NCBI RefSeq assembly: GCF_006345805.1
Contig: NC_043023.1
Location: 6,448,001 to 6,512,000, forward strand
Source: Octopus sinensis
Lineage: Eukaryota
DNA: 64,000 bases
Direction: 5' to 3'
In this document: piece by piece, positions 54,900 to 64,000 of the stretch
Position numbering within the stretch: the first letter of the stretch is position 1
How the letters are laid out: every line of letters begins with the position of its first letter
The notes under the pieces: generated by a model
What the model was told of the DNA's origin: nothing
The model's database searches: none
Seen by the model: only the letters and a program-made list of their open reading frames with translations
Made by a program: the position numbers and the translations under genes

Positions 54900-55540
54900 G
54901 GCTGTGTGGTAAGTAGCTTGCTAACCAACCACATGGTTCCGGGTTCAGTCCCACTGCGTGGCATCTTGGGCAAGTGTCTTCTGCTATAGCCCCGGGCCGA
55001 CCAATGCCTTGTGTGGATTTGGTAGACGGAACTGAAAGAAGCCTGTCGTATATATGTATATATATATGTGTGTGTGTGTTTGTGTGTCTGTGTTTGTCCC
55101 CCTAGCATTGCTTGACAACCGATGCTGGTGTGTTTACGTCCACGTCACTTAGCGGTTCGGCAAAAGAGACCGATAGAATAAGTACTGGGCTTACAAAGAA
55201 TAAGTCCCGGGATCGATTTGCTCGACTAAAAGGCGGTGCTCCAGCATGGCCGCAGTCAAATGACTGAAACAAGTAAAAGAGTAAAAGAGTAATATACGTA
55301 TATAAAAAATTCAGGGTGAATAATTGATAAATGTAACACGTTAATTTCACGAACAGGCTGTTCCGTTGATTCGGATCAACCGGAACCCTCATCGTCGTAA
55401 CCGACGGAGTGCTTCCATCCATTATTTATAATGGTAGGTAAATTGAGTATCACTGGGAAAGTATGTTTGTAAATCTTCATAATCAATTAGGCGTACAGGG
55501 TAATATTGGACTCCAAAAATTCGTTTTCTCACTCAATAGT

Positions 55541-55924
55541 GGAAGCACTCCGTCGGTTACGACGTTGGGGGTTCCGGTTGATCCGAATCAACGGAACAGC
55601 CTGCTCGTGAAATTAACGCGTAAGTGGCTGAGCACTCCACAGACACGTGCACCCTTAACGTAGCTCTCGGGGATATTCAGCGTGACACAGAGAGTGACAA
55701 GGCCGGCCCCTTGAAATACAGGTACAACAGAAACAGGAAGTAAGAGTGAGAGAAAGTTGTGGTGAAAGAGTACAGCAGGGATCACCACCATCCCTGCCGG
55801 AGCCTCGTGGAGCTTTTAGGTGTTTTTGCTCAATAAACACTCACAACGCCCGGTCTGGGAATCGAAACCGCGATCCTACGACCGCGAGTCCGCTGCCCTA
55901 ACCACTGGGCCATTGCGCCTCCAC
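55541..55924 (-). mobile_element. tRNA-derived SINE family B (representative). Other copies ~2380-2672, 18855-19148, 20960-21250, 28656-29037, 52300-52572, 56110-56430, 56973-57258, 63310-63497
   Basis: Head GGAGGCGCAATGGCCCAGTGGTTAGGGCAGCGGACTCGCGGTC...GGTTTCGATTCCC, tRNA-like, followed by a shared body. Confidence 0.85.
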
Positions 55925-56492
55925 ACTCTCACTCAATATATCGTTTATGATAGGTGATTAAAAGAAAAATGATAATGTTAAATTTTTGCAATGCAAATAC
56001 GTGAAAGAAAATATAGTTTAGTTGGTAGTCAACATCTTGCTGAGTCTTTTGATAACCCAAACGTCAAAATCGGCAACTCGGTTTTAGAATGCATAAGGAA
56101 CATCTGAAAAAGACTCCGCCGGTTACGACGACGAGGGTCCCAGCTAATACGATCAACGGAACAGCCTGCTCGTGAAATTAACGTGCAAATGGCTGAGCAT
56201 TCCACAGACACGTGTACCCTTAACGTAGTTCTCGGGGATAATCAGCGTGACAGAGATTGACAAGGCTGACCCTTTGAAATACAAGTACAACTCATTTTTG
56301 CCAGCTGAGTGGACTGGAGCAACGTGAAATAAAGTGTCTTGCTCAAGGACACAACGCGTCGCCGGGAATCGAACTCACAACCTTACGATCATGAGCCGAA
56401 TGCCCTAACCACTAAGCCACGCGCCCTCACATAAGGAACATACGCGCGCGCACACACACATACAAATACAAACTCTCTTATATACATATATA

Positions 56493-56882
56493 CTAGCAGT
56501 ATCGCCCGGCGTTGCTCGGGTTTGTAAGGGAAATAACTATATAAGCATTTTTAGAGAGTTATAGCCAAAAAGTAGCAAAAAAATGCATAACCAAATGATG
56601 GTAAATTTTTTTTTTAAATCGTTGACTCATCGTAGACATTTTTAAAGAATTACTTCCCTTATATAATAGCGAAAAAAATGCATTAAAATGGAAAAAAATG
56701 ATGGTAAATTTTTTTTTTAATCGTAGACTCATCATAGACGCGCGCTAATACCCAGAAGGGCTCGATATGAATCACGACTATAAGATACCCGCTTTTGGTT
56801 AAACTGCACCGCAAAATGTGGGAGTAGTTAGGAATCTAAATAGTAGGAGACAGACACACAACCTTACTTTTATATATAAAGA
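56493..56882 (-). mobile_element. Non-autonomous Helitron-like element
   Basis: 5' TCTTTATATATAAAA; 3' hairpin CCCGAGCAACGCCGGG followed by CTAG; inserted at A|T. Confidence 0.75.
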
Positions 56883-57426
56883 TATACATACACACATATA
56901 CGTATGTTATATATTATTATTTATTATATATATACATATGTGTGTGTGTATGCATATATATTTTTTATTTATGCACCCTTTTCAAGCCTAACCAGGCTCA
57001 TGGGCAAGGTTTTCCGGTTTCTGTGGCGTATGTGTTCCCCCCAGCTGGATGCAGCGTTACTCAAGAAACAGGAAAAAAGAGTGAGAGAAAGTTGGGGCGA
57101 AAGAGTACAACAGGGGTCACCACCACCCCCTGCCAAAGCCTCGTGGAGCATTGGGTGTTTTCGCTCAATAACACACACAACTCCCGGTCTGGGAATCGAA
57201 ATCGCGATCCTCCGACCGCGAGTCCGCTGCCCTAACCACTGGGCCATTGCGCCTCCACACAAAATAAATATATACAAATTATGAAAATAATACGAAAAAA
57301 TATACAGTTCTGTTTCTACTTTGCGGATTTTCACCAAAAGCGGGTGGGGGGTTTGGATCGCAACACCCGCGATAGTCGAGGGCTTACTGTAAATATAAAT
57401 GTATTTATGTACAGTATGTATGTATA

Positions 57427-57731
57427 TCTTTATATATAAAATTGAAGTTGTGTGTGTGAGACTCTGTCTCCTCCGATTTAGATTCCTAACTACTCCCACA
57501 TTTTGCGGTGCAGTTTAACCAAAAGCGGGTATCTTATAGTCGTCACTCATATCGAGCCCTTCTGGGTATTAGCGCGCGTCTACGATGTGTCTATGATTAA
57601 AAAAAATTTACCATAATTTTTCCGCATTTTAAATAATTTTTGCACGGGTTATATAAGGGAAGTAACTCTCTAAAAATGCTTATATAGTTATTTCCCTTAC
57701 AAACCCAAGCAACGCCGGGCGATACTGCTTG
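57427..57731 (+). mobile_element. Second copy of the same Helitron-like family, in opposite orientation
   Basis: Reverse-complement similarity to 56493-56882; TC start, CTTG end. Confidence 0.7.
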
Positions 57732-57908
57732 TGTATATATAAAAATATATGTATGTACGGATGGATGGATGGATGTGTAAAATAGTAAATTTACAGGGTG
57801 ACTAGACTGCTTTATGTATTTGCTCCGAACTGTTTCAGAGGTATATTCAGCCATGACTAATGTAGGGGTGACCCCCAGCCCCCTACAGAGAACGAACTCA
57901 AGACTCAC

Positions 57909-57953
57909 CAGAGTCAAAATGCCGCTGCATTCCATGGTCTGCTCCTGTTCCTG
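57909..57953 (-). CDS. nAChR-like subunit, exon 3
   Basis: 45-nt phase 0-0 exon (tttcag|...|gtgagt) encoding QEQEQTMECSGILTL; the size and position match the conserved 45-nt nAChR exon. Confidence 0.85.
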
Positions 57954-58205
57954 CTGAAATTTGGAAAAGAAATTGTAAAATACGAGGTTATAATTATACA
58001 CGAGCACATACACACATACGCGTACACACGCACACATGTAGCAGGTAGCGTTTAAAATGCGAGCAGGGGCCATAGCGGGCAGAGATCTATAGCCCCAGCC
58101 TAATACCATTTAGTCATTCTATGAACGGACATGTAAGGAACTTCTTGCAATTACTTTTACTGCTCTAACTTTTAAAGCGTTTCTTTTTGGGATATATGAT
58201 CCACT

Positions 58206-58243
<38 letters not shown>

Positions 58244-58559
58244 ATTTAGGAATGGTCATTTTGCCAGTTTAGCCAATAAAAACACGCGCACTATATATTT
58301 GGTGCTACTTTGCTTCAGTGTTATTTATTTTTTACATTAATCTTAATCTTATTTCGGCCAGAGTTCTTATTGGCTAAACTGGCAAAATGACCATTCCTAA
58401 ATACAACAATATCTGTTTCAACACACGACTTCACATAAAAAATCTTGCACAACAAATATTTAAACGTATATATATATATATATATATACCGGAGTAAACA
58501 CATAAATGTGAAACAAGGTGGAAAAAAGAGTACTTAAATACCAGTGGTAGAGTAATATG

Positions 58560-58715
58560 CTTTATTTTAAGCAGCAGAAAATTCAACAAAACCTGTTACT
58601 CTGAGTTTCTCGTTGCCGTTCATCAGACAGTTTTCTAACAAAAACTGTCTGATGAACGGCAACGAGAAACTCAGAGTAACAGATTTTGTTGAATTTTCTG
58701 CTGCTTAAAATAAAG
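58560..58715. repeat. Inverted repeat of a Penelope-like terminal fragment with two oppositely oriented hammerhead motifs
   Basis: 58560-58634 mirrors 58641-58714; each arm reads CTGT-CTGATGA-ACG(GCAA)CGA-GAAA-CTC(A)GAG-TA-ACAG. Confidence 0.8.
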
Positions 58716-58760
<45 letters not shown>

Positions 58761-58763
<3 letters not shown>

Positions 58764-58913
58764 AGAGAGTAACCACTATGTGGTCGACTCTAGCACTAAA
58801 AAAGATCCGCTAGTAGTCGTGCTAACTTTCATCGGAAACAATTCTTTGTGGCTGAAACCTAGCGGATCTATTTTTAGTGATAGAGTCGACCACATAGTGG
58901 TCACTCTCTTATA
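58761..58913. repeat. Hairpin (53-bp arms) between (TA)n tracts; a similar inverted repeat lies at 58235-58412
   Basis: ATAAGAGAGTAACCACTATGTGGTCGACTCTA...TAGAGTCGACCACATAGTGGTCACTCTCTTAT. Confidence 0.8.
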
Positions 58914-59025
58914 TTTATATTTATGCATAAAATTTATCGAAATCCAGGTTTTATGCACTAAGCCACTTGGTGTTAAATGGATGTACTATTAAATTAGTAT
59001 CCAATTTTCTCACCCTTTTTAGTTG

Positions 59026-59102
<77 letters not shown>

Positions 59103-59109
59103 TTAAAAA

Positions 59110-60470
59110 TTTAATTTAATTTAATTTTATTTTATCTAGTTTCAGCTCACGAGCTGTGGCCATGCTGGGGCACCGCCATTTGGTGTTGCTACGTGATTTT
59201 ACTTCACGAATGCTTTTTAGCAACTGCCATTTGGTGCATGAGAGAGTTCGATGCAGCTGCCCTCATCTGCCCCTCCTGCCGTGAAGTTGGTTCATCTGGG
59301 ACACCTGACAGGAAGAGATCCAGTTTTATTTTAAAGACATCTGCATCCACCCCATGCAGGTCTCTCAGGTTCTTCGTGAGGATATTGAAGAGCTGTGGGC
59401 CTCTGAAGCCCAGGCTATCACAGTATCTTGTCCTACATCTTGATGGCAAATTTGGAGTCCTTGGCACCATGCAGTGGCGCCCAGTTCTAGCATTTGTGTA
59501 ACTCTCGATGCCAAAGTTTGGGACAAGTCCTTCTAGGATCTTCCAGATGTATATTATGGCATATCTTTCTCGCCTACGCTCTAAGGAATAGAGTCTTAAT
59601 CTCTTGAGTCTTTCCCAGTAGCTTATATGCTGCACAGAGGCTATCTTCTTCGTGTAGCTTCGTTGTATCGCCTCAAGTTCTGTGATTACTTGACACTGGA
59701 TGGTGACATAGCTGAGAGCAATAGTCAAAGTGCTTAGGACAAGTGTCCTCCAGAGGACCATCATGGTTTCCTGGTCTCTTGTTCTAAAGGTTCTAAGAAT
59801 CCATCCGGTCAGCCGCCTACATTTCATTGCCAATTTAGCAACATGCACACATCTATAGCCTTTATTACATCGTCTTCCTTTATATTGATGTAATCAATCA
59901 TCGCTGCCTCCGATTTTATATCTGCAGTGGTAAAGAAGTCAGTTGGATTGCTGACTTGAAAATGCCCTAGGGGTGGAGTGAAAATACTCTTGAATTGCTC
60001 ATTTAGTATTTCACTTATCCTCATTGGATTTCCTGTGAGTGTGCCATCCTTTTCAAGGAGTGGCCCTATCCTACAGTGCACCGTAGATGTTTCTTTGGCA
60101 TACCTGTAGAAAGCTATGGGGTTAGATTTTATGTTGTCTATAGCCCAGGCTTCTTTGTCTGCTCTTTCTTTTTCATGGGAGAGTTGCAGGCATTTTTCAA
60201 TTTCCAAAAGTTTCATTTTCAGGCGAGACTTTTCACTGCTTTCAATTGTTTGTTTAGGCGATTTGAAACTTTTGTACGCCGTCTCATTAGAATTTTCCTC
60301 TCTCTGGGGATTTTGTTCATGTGTACAGTGGCCTTTCTCTCTGGGAACATTTTGTAGCATATGGCTTGCATTACAGACATGAATTGTTGAAGTTTCATGT
60401 CGATGTCTGGCGAGGAGAGACATTCAGGCCAGTTTTGTTTGAGGATCTCTTTCTCAATTTGTTTCCAGTT
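59110..60470 (-). mobile_element. CR1-group LINE fragment with the RT core deleted
   Basis: ORF 59824-60423 (AIDNIKSNPIAFYRYAK...ILNEQFKSIFT, pre-RT) abuts ORF 59204-59848 (post-RT, YWERLKRLRLYSLERRRER); A-rich repeat tail. Confidence 0.9.
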
Positions 60471-60607
60471 ATATATATATATATATATAATATATAATAT
60501 ATAATATTAATATATATAGTTAATCCAAACATGAAAACACAAAACAACGCGAGGACGTGGAACAATATAGTATTATTGGACGCTCAGGAAAGAAGGAAAG
60601 AAGGAGG

Positions 60608-60642
60608 GTTTAACGTTTCGAGCGGAGCTCTTCGTCAGAAAC
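60608..60642 (-). ncRNA. Minimal type I hammerhead ribozyme motif (degenerate copy at ~52199-52233)
   Basis: Reverse complement GTTT-CTGACGA-A-GAGC(TCC)GCTC-GAAA-CG-TT-AAAC. Confidence 0.75.
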
Positions 60643-61077
60643 ATAGGAAAAGGAAAGATCCAGAGACGGGAAGGCGGAGGATAAAAAATCGCCAACGGTA
60701 CGCACGAGGTCACATTTTGAATATATATATATATGTATGTATACATATATACATATGCAACAGCCGATAACTGATGAAGGGTCGTTCTTTATGTTGCTAG
60801 GCTTGTTTTCCCTTTGTTTCTTTCGTTCTTGCAAAAAAGTTCATATTCCATGTATTTCGTATTTCGTATTTCATGTTTTCGTTTTTTAATGTTGTTTACG
60901 TTCCGTGATGTTCTGTGCCCACATATGCATATGTATATACGTATAGATGTAAGTATGTACATATACGTCTGTATATATGCATATATATATATTATCTATA
61001 TTATTATATGATTGAATGCCACGCATCCATTTCCAAGTAAGTTTTATCCATCCATCCATCCATCCATCCATCCATCC

Positions 61078-61143
<66 letters not shown>

Positions 61144-61191
61144 ATCTATCTATCTATCTCTATCTATCTCTATCTCTATCTATCTCTGTCT

Positions 61192-61291
<100 letters not shown>

Positions 61292-61726
61292 TATATATAT
61301 ATTGCTTGTTTTAGCCACTTGATGTGTGGTCATGCTGGAGCACTGCCTCAAAGGATTTGTAGCCGAAAAAAAATCAACCCCAGGACTTATTCTTTGTAGG
61401 CCAAGTACTTATACTATCGGTGTCTTTTGCCAACACGCTAAGTTACAGGGATATAAACACACCAGCATCGATTGCCAAGCGACGGCGAGTGGACAAATGG
61501 ACACACACACACACATATACAACGGGTTTCTTTTAGTTTCCATCTACCAAATCCACTCACAAGGTTTTCTTGTCCAAGGTGCCACGCAATGGGACTGAAC
61601 CCGGAAACATGTGGTTGGGATGTAAACTTCTTACCATAACATGCACCTCGAAAAACAACAAACAAACAGACAGGAACCCTCCAAGGAAAACATGAAATTC
61701 TCCTCTGCACGCATCAAATGTTATGT

Positions 61727-62312
61727 TAACATCATAAGCGGGAAGTGTAACCTCTCTAAAGAGCTGTTCTTCACTCCTGCTCCAGAGTGTCGGTTGCGGG
61801 GTCACTCCGAAAAGCTCTATCTACGACGATTTCATCTCAATCGAAGGAGAGGGGCTTTCTCCGTCCGGGTTGCGGATCCGTGGAATAAGCTGCCGGACGA
61901 GATAGTGAAGATGCCGACGACCGCTCGGTTCAAAGTCTCTCTTGACCAGAAATGGCCTGAACTCTTTGCAGGAACACCCTTCCTGTACATAACTCCCTGT
62001 CCCCCTACATGGCCTTGCTTTTGCTTTTTGAGCCAAAGAGAGTAATATTCATGATTCCTCACAGCTCCCTCATCGTATACTCATGTAACTTTCATCTCAA
62101 TTGAAAGAGAGGGGCTTTCTCCGTCCGGGTTGCGGATCCGTGGAATAAGCTGCCGGACGAGATAGTGAAGATGCCGACGACCGCTCGGTTCAAAGTCTCG
62201 CTTGACCAGAAATGGCCTGAACTCTTTGCATGAACACCCTTCCTGTACATAACTCCCTGTCCCCCTACATGGCCTTGCTTTTGCTTTTTGAGCCAAAAAA
62301 TTAACTTAACTT
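61727..62312 (+). mobile_element. Two tandem 3' fragments of the same CR1-like LINE (61727-62038, 62090-62312)
   Basis: Near-identical to the reverse complement of 43319-43645; ends 10 nt from the receptor exon-2 donor. Confidence 0.85.
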
Positions 62313-62328
62313 ATTCGCCATTACTTAC

Positions 62329-62468
62329 CAATTCTATGCTGTCCATCATTTGTATTTCAATATGAATATCGATTGTAGTGTTCAAAGAAGAAGGCCTAAT
62401 CAATGGACTGGATCCACTCTTAACGTATGTCAGCAAAGCCTTTATCCTCTGGAAATGTGTGAGGGGCC
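62329..62468 (-). CDS. Divergent nAChR-like / chemotactile-receptor-like Cys-loop subunit, exon 2 (signal-peptide exon not found, likely beyond 64000)
   Basis: 140-nt exon, CAG acceptor 62469-62471, GTAAGT donor; GPLTHFQRIKALLTYVKSGSSPLIRPSSLNTTIDIHIEIQMMDSIEL contains the conserved IRP motif. Confidence 0.85.
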
Positions 62469-62770
62469 CTGCAAGGAAAAGAAACCCAAGCATTTACAGG
62501 TGAAATTAATGTAGTATCACTCTCTCCCTCGTTAATAATCTCTTTCACTCTCTCTCCGTCTCTCTCTTTCTCCCGTACTCTCTCTCCCTCTCTCTCTCCA
62601 TCTCTTTCCTTTGTCTGTCCTTTCTCTCTATCCCTTCACTTTTTCCATCCCCATACTTTTTCCACGTGTAGTTGCTATTTTCTTTTTGAAATATATTTCT
62701 ATTATGCATACATACATACATACATACATACATACATACATAAATTCATACATACATATATATATATATA

Positions 62771-62822
<52 letters not shown>

Positions 62823-62919
62823 CATATACATTCTGTCCGAGTCAGACGCCATGATAGAGCGTTAGCTACTACACATTCTTTTTCTCTCCTTGTTTCTCTC
62901 TTTGTTTTTTTCTGTGTCC

Positions 62920-62955
62920 CTTTCTGTAGAAGAGCGTAGGCTCGAAACGTAAAAG
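62920..62955 (+). ncRNA. Minimal hammerhead-like motif with A6U core (related copies at 51883-51920 on -; decayed at ~6722-6762 and ~15162-15201)
   Basis: CTTT-CTGTAGA-A-GAGC(GTAG)GCTC-GAAA-CG-TA-AAAG. Confidence 0.55.
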
Positions 62956-63152
62956 ACTTTTTTCTATTCCTGAGCGCTATACTAATACATCTGTTTGTTT
63001 GTACACCACCTGCGTTCGTCTTTTGTTTATTTTCGTAAACTTTCCCTATATAGTGGTATATTTATATGTCTGTATATGTGTGGAACATACGAATATGTGC
63101 AATGTTCATATTGAAATACACATTAGTGGTAACATATAATTAATAAGCACAC

Positions 63153-63243
<91 letters not shown>

Positions 63244-63699
63244 CAACATATATACACACACAATGACAAATAAGATAGATATCTAGATATGCACACTTGG
63301 TTGTAGGCAAGTTGGACACTGGTTAGAGCAGCGGACTCACGGTCGGAGGATCGGGGTTTCGATTCCCAGATCGGGCGTTGTGTGTGTTTATTGAGCGAAA
63401 ACACTTAAAAGCTCCACGAGGCTCCGGCAAGGGGTGGTGGCGACCCCTGTTGTACTCTTTCGCTCCAACTTTCTCTCGCTCTTTCTTCCTGTTTCTTGTC
63501 CCCGATTTCCTACGCATCCGCTGAGCCTGGATGCGGATTCATCCATCCGTCGATGCTCTCGGTGTCGGGGGTTGACCCGCTTTCTCTTCTGCGGGTCTTA
63601 CGAATAGCAAAGGACCACGATTCGGACTTCTCCCACGGGGACGAAAACAGCAGCTTCAGCCGCGTCGCCGGAGCCGCGCGTCGTAATGACGGCAGCCCC

Positions 63700-64000
63700 A
63701 ACAACACCGGTAGCAACAACAATATCCCCAGGCCCAGTGCCAGCAGGAGATGCACCAGTAATGCAAACACAATCAACACCCAGGCCTGGAAATACATCGG
63801 ATTAGCCGGTACGGCATTCCAGAGACGCTTGTGCAACCACAGGTCCTCCCTCAGGATCCCAGAAAGACGATTCGTCAAATCCTCGTCCAGCCATGTGTGA
63901 TGCCTCAAAGACAAAAGGACCCAATTCGATATCAAAGGGGACAAAGTTTAGAACGGCAGAGACCCTACATCAATGGAAGCGGGCGGTGCAAGCTCTGGGC
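63700..64000 (+). mobile_element. Penelope-like GIY-YIG endonuclease remnant
   Basis: KYIGLAGTAFQRRLCNHRSS...SSHV*..K...PY..GSGRCKL. Confidence 0.65.

Noticed and set aside
55850-55924. tRNA genes (also at other SINE heads)
   Set aside because: The tRNA-like heads run directly into SINE bodies and lack a proper acceptor stem and terminator.
62472-64000. Signal-peptide exon 1 of the receptor, including ORF 63510-63944
   Set aside because: No convincing ATG-hydrophobic-phase-1 donor exon; the ORF is antisense to repeat and Penelope-like sequence.

Overview
Repeat-rich animal genomic DNA. The SINE families and gene content strongly suggest an octopus/coleoid cephalopod (inference). A 100-N scaffold gap at 31646-31745 splits the window. 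Left of the gap, bases 1-23682 form a large imperfect inverted duplication. It holds two head-to-head copies of an L1/neuroglian/hemolin-type Ig-domain gene: the - strand copy runs off the left edge, and the + strand copy has five coding exons up to the gap and two single-base homopolymer frameshifts. Right of the gap is a spliced, highly divergent nicotinic-acetylcholine-receptor-like (chemotactile-receptor-like) Cys-loop subunit gene on the - strand. Its terminal TM3-TM4 exon is tandemly duplicated, and the two copies differ only by amino-acid-changing substitutions. The rest is tRNA-derived SINEs (two amplified into tandem arrays), CR1-group LINE fragments, Penelope-like element remnants, mariner/maT/Chapaev-like/Merlin-like/piggyBac-like/Helitron elements and microsatellites. 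The most unusual signal is a 13-copy, 83-bp tandem array (8139-9213) in which each intact unit folds by eye into a minimal type I hammerhead ribozyme with a compensated G3:C8 catalytic-core swap. Several other hammerhead families are scattered through the window. All calls come from manual reading; no database searches were run.
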